Positions 35,015-43,298 of a stretch of DNA of 64,000 bases are shown piece by piece (position 1 is the stretch's first letter; every line of letters starts with the position of its first letter). The notes beneath the pieces were generated by a model. That model was given only the letters and a program-made list of their open reading frames with translations, was not told where the DNA came from and made no database searches. The position numbers and the translations under genes are program-made. Origin of the DNA: an uncultured Chromatiales bacterium (GTDB taxonomy: Bacteria > Pseudomonadota > Gammaproteobacteria > SZUA-140); contig CAZOOF010000003.1 in NCBI GenBank assembly GCA_964581365.1, positions 28,042 to 92,041 on the forward strand. Direction: 5' to 3'.

Positions 35015-35045
35015 AAAAAAAGGGCGGGAACATCCGCCCTTTTTT
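35015..35045. terminator. Bidirectional intrinsic terminator
   Basis: A7-GGGCGG...CCGCCC-T6. Confidence 0.85.
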
Positions 35046-35100
35046 ATTATGAATCATGCGCTTATTTGCATGTTAGCGCCAAGTGCGAGATAATCCGGGC

Positions 35101-35697
35101 ATGTCTGGACGACAGTCGCTCAAGCAGGGAGAGAAGATTCTTTTCGGCATCGCGATCGTGTTTATCGCCTTTGCCGTGATCGCTTACCTGGCTCTTGAAG
35201 CCTATCGCTTGAGTGTCGGAGGGCAGGTCTTCGAGGCCACCACGCACTTCACTCTGTCCGAAGAAGGGCATCGCGGTTCGGAAATCTTCCGTGCGAACCG
35301 CTGTACCTCATGTCATCGCGCGATGCGCAACGGCACCAATATGGGTCTTTCCCTCGACGGGATCGGTTCCCGCCGTACTCAGCAGTGGATCTACGATTTT
35401 CTCCGCGACCCTGAGGCCACTTACGGTGCGCCGACTTTCGATCATGGCTATCCGCCGAAGGAGGCTGCCTACGTTTCGACGCTTCCGCCGGACGATCTGC
35501 GCCTGATCGCTACCTTCCTGTCCGAATTGCGCTCGGATCAGGGTTCATCGTCCGCGCCGATGCCGCCGTCAGGTGATTCCGCTTTCATCGACAACATGCT
35601 CAGGCTGTTTGCTCCGGGCAGCTGGGACGAGAAGTACGGCGATGTCCGTCAACGCCAGCCGGCGCCGGATGAGGCCCGGGAGCCAGCCGAACAGTAG
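35101..35697 (+). CDS. Membrane-anchored monoheme cytochrome c (NorC/CcoO-like fold)
   Basis: N-terminal TM, CTSCH, LDGIGSRRTQQWIYDFLRDP. Confidence 0.85.
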   Translation: MSGRQSLKQGEKILFGIAIVFIAFAVIAYLALEAYRLSVGGQVFEATTHFTLSEEGHRGSEIFRANRCTSCHRAMRNGTNMGLSLDGIGSRRTQQWIYDFLRDPEATYGAPTFDHGYPPKEAAYVSTLPPDDLRLIATFLSELRSDQGSSSAPMPPSGDSAFIDNMLRLFAPGSWDEKYGDVRQRQPAPDEAREPAEQ

Positions 35698-35795
35698 TTT
35701 TTCCCTTTGTCTTTGACCGAAAGACCGTTCCCGATCGAAGCGTCCCCGCAGCCAGATCTGCCGCGCGCGCTTGAGACCGGATGGCAGGAGAGGAT

Positions 35796-36335
35796 ATGAG
35801 CGACCACAATGCGCCCTGGGCGAAAGATGTCGAGTACACCCGCTATACGGTGATGTTCGTTTATGCCTGCATCATCTACGCCATCATCGGATTCTCATGG
35901 GGAGCGCTGATGGGCGGGATTCAGGAGTTCAGGCACTTCGTCGATCATCGGATGCATGGTCAGTTGATCGTGCGCGCCCACACCCACGTCAATCTGCTGG
36001 GCTGGGTGGAAATGGCGATCTTCGGAGCGGTCTACTATTTCATTCCTCGCCTGGTGCGCAGGCCCATCCATAGCATGACCTTGGTGAAGGTTCACTTCTG
36101 GATGCATAACGTCGGACTGGTGGGCATGGTGGTCCTTTTCACCATCGCCGGCGTGATCGGCGGTATGGCGAGCGTGGAGATGAGCCCGGAAGAGGTCGAG
36201 CCGATGGTCAGTCCGCTGCTGGCCACCATGGGTATCTTCGGAACCCTCGTCCTGTTGGCCAACATCATCTGGGGCTATAATATTTTCCGCACCTGTGCAG
36301 GATGGTCGAAAGGCAAGGAGTGGCAGGAACGATGA
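35796..36335 (+). CDS. Stand-alone 4-TM heme-copper oxidase repeat protein (HCOH-type) no. 1
   Basis: RAHTHVNLLGW...YYFIPRLVRRPIHS...VHFW matches helices IX-XII of the CcoN in this window (VAHAHLALLGF...FHFW). Confidence 0.8.
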   Translation: MSDHNAPWAKDVEYTRYTVMFVYACIIYAIIGFSWGALMGGIQEFRHFVDHRMHGQLIVRAHTHVNLLGWVEMAIFGAVYYFIPRLVRRPIHSMTLVKVHFWMHNVGLVGMVVLFTIAGVIGGMASVEMSPEEVEPMVSPLLATMGIFGTLVLLANIIWGYNIFRTCAGWSKGKEWQER

Positions 36336-36844
36336 ACAGGCACTACCGGACGGCTGTTGCGCTTCTCTTCACCACACTGCTCCTCGCTGGTTGTGAGATG
36401 CAGGGCGGCGTCAACGTCGGTTCAATGGCGCCTTCGATTACCACCAAGACCCTCGCGGACGTTGGCGGGGACTTCAGCCTCATCACGACCTACCGCTATC
36501 CCGACGAGCGCATGTACCAGTACTCCCTGGACGATGCGCTGAAATCCGGCAAGACCATCGTGCTGGAGTTCGCGACCCCGGGGCATTGCACGGTCTGCGA
36601 CAAGCAACTGCAAATGCTCAAGGGGCTGATGGATAAGTACGAATCCGAAGTGCTGTTCCTGCATATGGATCAGTACCGCAATCCGGAAGCTTTCACCGCC
36701 TTCAAGGTCATGGGTGATCCCTGGACCTTCGTCATCGACGGAAACAGCGTAGTGCAGTTCAAGCGTGCCGGCAGGGTCCTGTACGATGAACTCGATGCCA
36801 CGCTGGTGCGGGTGCTCCGGCAGCAGCAGACCGGGATGAGCTAA
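36332..36844 (+). CDS. Thioredoxin-fold lipoprotein
   Basis: Lipobox LAGC, CTVC motif, DPWTFVID cis-Pro region. Confidence 0.75.
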   Translation: MNRHYRTAVALLFTTLLLAGCEMQGGVNVGSMAPSITTKTLADVGGDFSLITTYRYPDERMYQYSLDDALKSGKTIVLEFATPGHCTVCDKQLQMLKGLMDKYESEVLFLHMDQYRNPEAFTAFKVMGDPWTFVIDGNSVVQFKRAGRVLYDELDATLVRVLRQQQTGMS

Positions 36845-37303
36845 GTGGCCGCAGCGGTATCGTATCGCCTGTCCCAGGACAGGAAAGGCATGTGGTGGGA
36901 TCTTCTTCTGTACATCCCGACCGTAGTGTTTCTGTTCGCCACTGGCCTCAAGCTATGGTTCAGCAGCAGCTACCAGAACTGGTCTTATTTGCTGTTTTTC
37001 ATGGCGTTTTTCTTCCTGTTCGCGGGGGCGAGCAGGGTGCTGTCGGGACGGCTCATGCTGTTCGGCTCCTCGCCGGTAGCCATCTCCTGCGACCGCGAAC
37101 AGATCAGCCTCGAACTGCGCAACGGCAACCGTGTCGATCTCGTCAAGGATGTGCGCTTTTTCTCCGACTACGCCGGCAAGTCCTTCGGACTCACCGGCAT
37201 GGACCTGTCGGGACGGCGCCGTCAGTTCGTTTTTCATCGGGGCCAGTTTCCCGATGCCGAGGCCTACCGAAACCTGCTTGATCGCCTTGCGGTATTCAAG
37301 TGA
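36845..37303 (+). CDS. Hypothetical 2-TM protein with soluble C-terminal domain
   Basis: GTG directly follows the upstream stop; two hydrophobic segments. Confidence 0.7.
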   Translation: MAAAVSYRLSQDRKGMWWDLLLYIPTVVFLFATGLKLWFSSSYQNWSYLLFFMAFFFLFAGASRVLSGRLMLFGSSPVAISCDREQISLELRNGNRVDLVKDVRFFSDYAGKSFGLTGMDLSGRRRQFVFHRGQFPDAEAYRNLLDRLAVFK

Positions 37304-37328
37304 GCGGAGTCGGGCGGAAGGGGTGATT

Positions 37329-37523
37329 TCAGCGTGACCTGCGGCGGCGGACGACGTCTGCGGCCATGGCGCCGATGACACCGGCGCCGATGAGACAGGC
37401 TCCAGTGATGACCCAGCGTTCGGTTTGCGGGCTCACGAGTCCCCCGATCAGCATGTGGATCGAGAAGCCCAGGATGAACAGGGACGATACTGCCACGATA
37501 GCGTAGAAAATAATCTCTTTCAT
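37329..37523 (-). CDS. 64-aa 2-TM membrane protein
   Basis: MKEIIFYAIVAV...RRRRSR; two TMs and a basic tail. Confidence 0.7.
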   Translation of the reverse strand: MKEIIFYAIVAVSSLFILGFSIHMLIGGLVSPQTERWVITGACLIGAGVIGAMAADVVRRRRSR

Positions 37524-37883
37524 GAATTCCCGGCGCTTTGCAAACAGCCTTTTGAACAAGGCGAAAACGCTAACACAGACAACGGCGAAAATGCCAATGG
37601 ATCTGCTCTCAAACACTTGCAGACACAGGATGGGGTTGCTATCCTCTGCTGTGCGAAAATATCGGGCGCAGACTGTTATAAATGGCGTCCGCTCGAGCGA
37701 AACTCGGGTATATGGGGCTTGACGGGCCAACAGCCGTATGCAAGCATCCGTTCCCATATAAAAAACAGGGTTGTCCGGGCCGCAGCTCCCCGCTGCGGAC
37801 AGGCCGACCGGCAGCCAGCGCACGACACAACAACAACTATGGCGTGCGGTGATCGGATCTAGAGTCCAGCGGAGGGGTTGTTA

Positions 37884-38159
37884 ATGAATAAACTTGGCTT
37901 CAGCAAAACCTTCTGGGTAGCCCTCATCGGTGGCGGTGTCACTGGCATGGGTAACGGTAGCGTATTCGGCGCCGCGCTCATGTGTGCGCTGGGACGCGGC
38001 TACTTCGAGGACTGGGGTGGCATGGGTATGGATGCCTACAATGCCGTTACGTTCCAGGGATTCGTGAACTGGTGCATGATCATCTTCGGTGTGGCGTTCA
38101 CGATCATCGTCATGATCGCTCTGCGGCGTCACGGCGAGCTGGAAAAGGCAACGAACTGA
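37884..38159 (+). CDS. Gly-rich 2-TM protein, first gene of the oxidase operon
   Basis: RBS GGAGGGG; high-expression-type codons (ttc, atc, ggt, aac). Confidence 0.75.
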   Translation: MNKLGFSKTFWVALIGGGVTGMGNGSVFGAALMCALGRGYFEDWGGMGMDAYNAVTFQGFVNWCMIIFGVAFTIIVMIALRRHGELEKATN

Positions 38160-38212
38160 TCACAGCGTTCGCTTCTGCACCAACGTCATTCAGTCCGGGG
38201 AGGCACCACACA

Positions 38213-38308
38213 ATGTTGGCAACGTTTGCTACGATTGGCTGTATCCTGCTCGCGTTTTCGAGCATGTGGTTTGCTTGGTATCTTCTGATGCCGGGCGATC
38301 ATACCTGA
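38213..38308 (+). CDS. 31-aa single-TM microprotein MLATFATIGCILLAFSSMWFAWYLLMPGDHT
   Basis: RBS GGGGAGG 38197-38203; lies directly upstream of ccoN. Confidence 0.7.
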   Translation: MLATFATIGCILLAFSSMWFAWYLLMPGDHT

Positions 38309-38387
38309 GCATCGGTCCGCCGGCGCCGGCGAGCACGTAAATGCTGTCAGGGAACATGAAAATAGCGCTTTTAGGGGGGTAAGTCCG

Positions 38388-39794
38388 ATGTTCAAGTATC
38401 TGCTGGCCAAAAACGAGGAGATCCCGCGCGGTACAGCGGCGGTCTACTTCGGTGTTTCTTCCATCATCTGGTTCGTGATCGGGACCGGCCTCGGCTCCTT
38501 CAACGCCGCCAAGCTCGCGTTCCCCGACTTCGTCACCGGCTCGGAGCTGTTCTCCTTCGGTCACATGCGCCAGGTCCACGTGATGGCCGTCATCTTCGGC
38601 TGGATCTCGATGGCTTTCGCCATGGCCATGATGTACATCACGCCGGCACTGGGAAATACCAAGCTCTGGTCTGAGAAGCTGGGCGTCTGGAACTGCTTCA
38701 TCTGGAACTTCGGTCTTTCTCTCGGCCTGACCGTGCTGTGGGCCGGAATGAGCTCTGGCCGTGAGTACTCGGACTTCCCGTGGTTCATCGACCTGGTGAT
38801 TCTGTTCGGCATCGTTCTGCCGCTCGGCATCAACGTGTGGATGACCATCATCAAGCGCCGCACCCAGGGTATCTACACCACCAACTGGTTCTTTGCCGCC
38901 GGCTGCTTCATGCTGTTCATCGTGCTTCTGGTCGGTAACCTGCCGGAGTACTTCCAGCTCACGGGTCTGACCGAGGCCTATCTGACCTGGTGGTTCGCGC
39001 ACAACGTGCTTGGACTGTGGATCACCCCGATCGCTGCGGCCATCGCGTACTACACCGTGCCGAAGATCACCGGTAATCCGCTGTACTCGCACCGCATCGG
39101 CCACCTGCACTTCTGGTCCGTGGTGGTGTTCTACTCCACGCCCGCTGCGCATCACCTGATGTCGGCGCCGCTGCCGGAGTGGCTGAAGTCCTTCGCATCG
39201 GTGGAGGGCGTGCTCATTCTGGTGCCGGCCATTGCGTTCGTGTCCAACCTGCTGCTGACCATGACCGGCAAGTGGCGGTACTTCGTCGACAACGTCGAGA
39301 TCAAGTTCACGATTACCGGCGTGCTGATGGCGATCCCGCTGAACATGCAGGGCGGATTCCAGCAGACCCGTGCCATCAACTGGTACATCCATGGTACCGG
39401 CTGGATCGTGGCGCACGCACACCTGGCACTGCTCGGCTTCTCGACCTTCCTCGAGGCTGCCGCCGTGTACTATGGTCTGCAGACGATCCTGCGTCGCAAG
39501 CTCTACTCGCTGGCGCTGGCTAACTTCCACTTCTGGTTCCTGCTGATCGGTTTCACGATCTACTGGATCTCCATGACGATTGCGGGCCTGATCCAGGGTG
39601 CCGGCAAGATCTATGAAGTGCCCTACATCGACGTCGTGATCGCGGAGCATCCGTACATGATCGCCCGTTGGGTTGGCGGCACCATGGTGTTTACCGGAAA
39701 CCTTGTCTGGCTCTACAACATGTGGATGACTGCGCGTGAAGGCACTGTGATCCCCGCGGGCCGTCTGCCGCACGAGATCGCCTACGAGCGCTAG
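38388..39794 (+). CDS. ccoN: C-family (cbb3-type) heme-copper oxidase subunit I, divergent
   Basis: H64, WWFAH205N, Y249-x5-H255H256, H343-x-H345 and REY motifs; 12 TM. Confidence 0.92.
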   Translation: MFKYLLAKNEEIPRGTAAVYFGVSSIIWFVIGTGLGSFNAAKLAFPDFVTGSELFSFGHMRQVHVMAVIFGWISMAFAMAMMYITPALGNTKLWSEKLGVWNCFIWNFGLSLGLTVLWAGMSSGREYSDFPWFIDLVILFGIVLPLGINVWMTIIKRRTQGIYTTNWFFAAGCFMLFIVLLVGNLPEYFQLTGLTEAYLTWWFAHNVLGLWITPIAAAIAYYTVPKITGNPLYSHRIGHLHFWSVVVFYSTPAAHHLMSAPLPEWLKSFASVEGVLILVPAIAFVSNLLLTMTGKWRYFVDNVEIKFTITGVLMAIPLNMQGGFQQTRAINWYIHGTGWIVAHAHLALLGFSTFLEAAAVYYGLQTILRRKLYSLALANFHFWFLLIGFTIYWISMTIAGLIQGAGKIYEVPYIDVVIAEHPYMIARWVGGTMVFTGNLVWLYNMWMTAREGTVIPAGRLPHEIAYER

Positions 39795-39840
39795 GAGACA
39801 AGTCCGCAATTATAAAAGGTTATGAGGGGAGGAATCAGAC

Positions 39841-40791
39841 GTGGCATTCCGTGAATATAAAATAGGTGCGCGACTGTTCGGTGTTGCGCTCGGCGGATCG
39901 ATGATGATCACCATCTACATGCCGAGCCTGGACATCGTTCAGGTGGCGTCGACCGAGATGGGCCTGCGCAAGGGTCTCATGTACGGCCGAGTCGGCGGGT
40001 TCTCGGTCGAAGATCCGTTCCTGCAGGGGGCGGGCAAGCCGGTTACCGTGGTCCTGCGTAAGGATCCGCGGAATGGTGAGCCCATCGATGAGACGTACGC
40101 CTACGTCTACGAAGCGGGCATTCCGTTCACCAGTTCCATCCGTCACCCGCGCATCATGGGTGAAGGCGTGGAGGACCTGAGTCTGCAGCAGGGTCGTATC
40201 GGCGAAGCTGATCAGAATCGGGGCGCTGTGTTCCTGGTGGTCGAAGGCCGCTGGAACGGTGAGCCGACGCACTACATCGAGAACGCGACGGCTACCCGCA
40301 ATTGGACGCCCGAGCTCATCCGCAACGCGGTTAGCGATCAGGACATGCACTATGTCGGCTCCGGCAAGATCATGTTCGTGCGTGAAGGCTGCTGGTGGTG
40401 TCATACGCTCCTCCCGGAGCAGACGCAGGACTGGCAGGCGTTCGGCGCTCCGCCGCGGCTGGGTGACTTCAACAGTGAGTCGCCGACTGCGTTCGGATCC
40501 GACCGCAAGGCGCCCGATCTGCTGCATGTTGCCTCGCGCAACTCCTCACGCGAGTGGATGGTGATGCACTTCTTTAATCCGCGTCTCGTTCAGCCGCACT
40601 CGATCATGCCCCGCTACGACTATCTGTGGGGTGAGGTTGATGCGGATGGCAACCGGATCGATTACAAGAAGTGGCGTGCCGAGTACAGCGAGTACGCCTC
40701 CGGCAAGCGGATCTATCCGCCGGAAGTGCCGGAGCCTGCCGCTGATAGCGACGCCCGCTATCTGATCGACTTCGTGCTGAGCCTCAAATAA
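39841..40791 (+). CDS. ccoO: cbb3-type subunit II with N-terminal periplasmic insertion
   Basis: REGCWWCH, GSDRKAPDL, HFFNPRLVQPHSIMPRY. Confidence 0.88.
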   Translation: MAFREYKIGARLFGVALGGSMMITIYMPSLDIVQVASTEMGLRKGLMYGRVGGFSVEDPFLQGAGKPVTVVLRKDPRNGEPIDETYAYVYEAGIPFTSSIRHPRIMGEGVEDLSLQQGRIGEADQNRGAVFLVVEGRWNGEPTHYIENATATRNWTPELIRNAVSDQDMHYVGSGKIMFVREGCWWCHTLLPEQTQDWQAFGAPPRLGDFNSESPTAFGSDRKAPDLLHVASRNSSREWMVMHFFNPRLVQPHSIMPRYDYLWGEVDADGNRIDYKKWRAEYSEYASGKRIYPPEVPEPAADSDARYLIDFVLSLK

Positions 40792-40807
40792 GAGAGGGGG
40801 GTAAGAC

Positions 40808-41443
40808 ATGGCCTGGAAATTCGATAACCCGCTCTATAGTCTGACCGATGAGGAGCAGAACGAGAAGGCGAAGGAGCTGTGGGAAAAGGAAGCCCTCGGT
40901 GGAATCACCGAGGACAACAACCGCCTGCCGCGTCCGGTGGTCTGGTTGCTTGCGCTTACCATCGTGAGCGCGTTCCTGATGACGTTCCCTCTCTGGGGGC
41001 AGCGTCCGTCGGCGGCAATCTATGAGGACTACGTCGCGCTGATGGATTCGCCTGAGATTCAGGCGATTCAGCAGGAACAGGGCGATGACGCTGCCATGGC
41101 TGCGATGGTCAAGAAGGTGCGCGACCAGGGCTCGACCTACCAGGGGCTGCTGGATCGTCATCCGCTGTCCATGAATGAGCTGCGTCTCATTCGGGATGAC
41201 ATCATCGAGCTGCAGAACACCCGGGTCGACCTGGAAGAGTACTCGGTTGTGGGTGACCAGGTTCTGCTGGCGAACTTTGAAGGCAACTGGAAGCCGGATG
41301 GGACTCGCGAGCGCAAGCAGCCGTGGTGGGACAAGGGGTACACGATCGACCTGTTTTACGTGACGTACTTCTGTCTGGCGGTGTTGATCGCGGTGAAGCG
41401 TCTGCCGAACTATCGTTGGCAGCCGACGCATCACGGTCACTGA
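40808..41443 (+). CDS. Heme-less CcoP-like subunit
   Basis: GGITEDNNRLPRP resembles the CcoP N-terminal motif; 2 TM; no CxxCH. Confidence 0.7.
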   Translation: MAWKFDNPLYSLTDEEQNEKAKELWEKEALGGITEDNNRLPRPVVWLLALTIVSAFLMTFPLWGQRPSAAIYEDYVALMDSPEIQAIQQEQGDDAAMAAMVKKVRDQGSTYQGLLDRHPLSMNELRLIRDDIIELQNTRVDLEEYSVVGDQVLLANFEGNWKPDGTRERKQPWWDKGYTIDLFYVTYFCLAVLIAVKRLPNYRWQPTHHGH

Positions 41444-41461
41444 TAATCTAGGAGAGAAACC

Positions 41462-41593
41462 ATGATCGATGTCGACAATCCACCGCTCATAGTCCTGATC
41501 CCGATTATCATCGTGTTCGTGGCGCCGTTCATTTACAGCTTCTTCGTCGACAAGTACGACAAAGCTACGCCGCCGCTGCGAGACGACGAGTAA
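41462..41593 (+). CDS. 43-aa single-TM microprotein (CcoQ-like position) MIDVDNPPLIVLIPIIIVFVAPFIYSFFVDKYDKATPPLRDDE
   Basis: RBS AGGAGA 41450-41455; not in ORF track; followed by hairpin and terminator. Confidence 0.75.
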   Translation: MIDVDNPPLIVLIPIIIVFVAPFIYSFFVDKYDKATPPLRDDE

Positions 41594-41602
41594 TTGGCGA
41601 TA

Positions 41603-41632
41603 GTGATGCGGGATCTAACGATCCCGCATCAC
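41603..41632. repeat. Perfect 13-bp-stem inverted repeat
   Basis: GTGATGCGGGATC-taac-GATCCCGCATCAC. Confidence 0.85.
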
Positions 41633-41657
41633 ATTGAGCAGCAGGATGTGAAAGAAT

Positions 41658-41693
41658 AAACGATGCCGTTCGCGAGGGCGGCATCGTTTTTTT
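41658..41693 (+). terminator. Intrinsic terminator of the oxidase core operon
   Basis: AAACGATGCCG...CGGCATCGTTT followed by further Ts. Confidence 0.85.
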
Positions 41694-41729
41694 ACGCGCA
41701 GAGAGCGCTCATACAAGATCATTGCCGAT

Positions 41730-42059
41730 ATGACCCCGACAGATATGTATGAAGAGATTGTTTTTGCACTGATGCGGGCCAGCGAGCTGCTTTTGCCGGT
41801 ACTGCAGCAGAGCAGCGGGCCATCGAGCTACTGGAGCATCGAGGGCATGCAGGGCTATCGCTTCAGCGTCGGCATTTTCGTGTTCATGTTGGCCGGGGTG
41901 ATCGTGTTTGGCGCCATCGTTTACCACTTCTTCATGCACGCCGGACCACGCTCTGGTATCAAGCGGGGCGAGAAGATACTGTTCGCGTGGATCGTCGCCG
42001 GAATGTTTGTGGCGGTAGCTATCGGTGCAGTACAATTGTTGTATGGCCGACTTTTCTAG
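41730..42059 (+). CDS. Hypothetical 2-TM protein
   Basis: Two hydrophobic helices linked by HFFMH...KRGEKIL. Confidence 0.7.
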   Translation: MTPTDMYEEIVFALMRASELLLPVLQQSSGPSSYWSIEGMQGYRFSVGIFVFMLAGVIVFGAIVYHFFMHAGPRSGIKRGEKILFAWIVAGMFVAVAIGAVQLLYGRLF

Positions 42060-42071
42060 CAGGAGGCTGTC

Positions 42072-42353
42072 ATGAACTTTCTGCAATCGTTGCCGGATGG
42101 TTGGACCATCTACGTATGGCTGGTTGCTGGGGCGGCCATCATCTTTGCGGCGATTTACGGTTTGCGCTGGGCGCACCGTAATGAGCAGTTCGACGAGGAC
42201 ATCAAGTATCTGGTGTTCGACGAGAACGACAAGGAGAAGATGAGTCCCGAGGAGTACGCGAAGAGCCGCGAAGTGCTCGAGAAGCAGGTCAAGCGCCGGG
42301 AAGAAATCCGGCGGGAACGAGCGCAGCAAGCGGGCAGGCATGAGGACCGGTGA
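42072..42353 (+). CDS. ccoS: cbb3 oxidase maturation protein CcoS/FixS
   Basis: TM followed by WAHRNEQFDED...LVFDE; RBS AGGAGG. Confidence 0.75.
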   Translation: MNFLQSLPDGWTIYVWLVAGAAIIFAAIYGLRWAHRNEQFDEDIKYLVFDENDKEKMSPEEYAKSREVLEKQVKRREEIRRERAQQAGRHEDR

Positions 42354-42828
42354 AAAAGGGATCCTGCTTGTAATCGCAGTACTGGTAGTCGGCGGGGCGC
42401 TGTGGAGTTTCCAGCGTCAGAGCGAAGCCCCGCCGGAAGACCGCGAGATTCCATTCTACAGCACCGCGTCGGCTGAGCTGCGCCAGGCGGCCGGGGCGAT
42501 CTATCGGCGCGAGAACTGCAAGAGCTGCCACACTCTGTGGACAGTGCGTGATATCATGCAGTCGGTACCGGCGCCAGCGCTGGATGGTATCGGTTCTCTG
42601 CACGACGAACAGTGGTTTTTCGAGTATTTTTCCGCAGGCAACCCACAGCTGATACTGCCTTCACGTCTGAAGGCTGAGTATCAGATGCCATCCTACGCCC
42701 ACCTGCCGGATGACGAGCGGCGCACGCTGGCTGCCTACATGGCGAGCCTTAAAGTCAAAGACTGGTATCTCGACGAGGCCAGAAAGGCAAGGTGCCGCAA
42801 GCTGACAGGGGAGGAGGAATGCCCATGA
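42340..42828 (+). CDS. Membrane-anchored monoheme cytochrome c (NorC/CcoO-like)
   Basis: TM, CKSCH, APALDGIGS...W, MPSY Met ligand. Confidence 0.87.
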   Translation: MRTGEKGILLVIAVLVVGGALWSFQRQSEAPPEDREIPFYSTASAELRQAAGAIYRRENCKSCHTLWTVRDIMQSVPAPALDGIGSLHDEQWFFEYFSAGNPQLILPSRLKAEYQMPSYAHLPDDERRTLAAYMASLKVKDWYLDEARKARCRKLTGEEECP

Positions 42829-43298
42829 GTCCGCAGACCAGACGCAACATCCTGGGAACCATTGCCGTACTTGCCGGCTGTGCCGTGGTCTACGTTGGCG
42901 ACTGGCTGGTCGGCGTGGATCTGGAGTTGTGGTGGGGACTGGCCACCTTTACTCCGATCTGGATGGTCGCAATGTTTGTAGTGCCGCTGATCTCCGGTCT
43001 GGTGTGCGCGATGATCTTCGGTCTGGGCGGAAAGTGGCTGTGTTATTTCCCTCCGCTTATCGTCCGTACCATCAATTACTTTGCCTACGTCTATGAGTTC
43101 AAGGTGCCGCCGCCTGGCGCCGAGCTGCTGTTCTTTCCCTACTGGATCATGTTCGTCATCTTGGTCGTGGAAGCGGCGGCGTTCGGGGGCGTGTTTGGAG
43201 AGATCGTCGTCAAGAAGACGTATGGTCGTCTGCCGCGGGAAATGGTGTACCGCAAGGCAGGTGATCAGTCGGCCGGTTCCGGAGGTCAGGGTGGATGA
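42825..43298 (+). CDS. Hypothetical 4-TM protein (start 42819 or 42825)
   Basis: Hydrophobic; overlapping stop/start junctions with both neighbours. Confidence 0.7.
   Translation: MSPQTRRNILGTIAVLAGCAVVYVGDWLVGVDLELWWGLATFTPIWMVAMFVVPLISGLVCAMIFGLGGKWLCYFPPLIVRTINYFAYVYEFKVPPPGAELLFFPYWIMFVILVVEAAAFGGVFGEIVVKKTYGRLPREMVYRKAGDQSAGSGGQGG

Noticed and set aside
36332-36844. Calling the thioredoxin-fold lipoprotein SCO/SenC
   Set aside because: The motif is CxxC, not CxxxC, and no distal His motif was recognised.
34107-37870. FNR boxes upstream of the oxidase units
   Set aside because: Only partial matches (for example TTGAC-N4-TTTAA) were seen by eye; none fits TTGAT-N4-ATCAA. The search was not exhaustive.
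38388-39794. Reading CcoN as a nitric oxide reductase
   Set aside because: The cross-link Tyr is retained and the helix-VI glutamates of cNOR/qNOR are absent.
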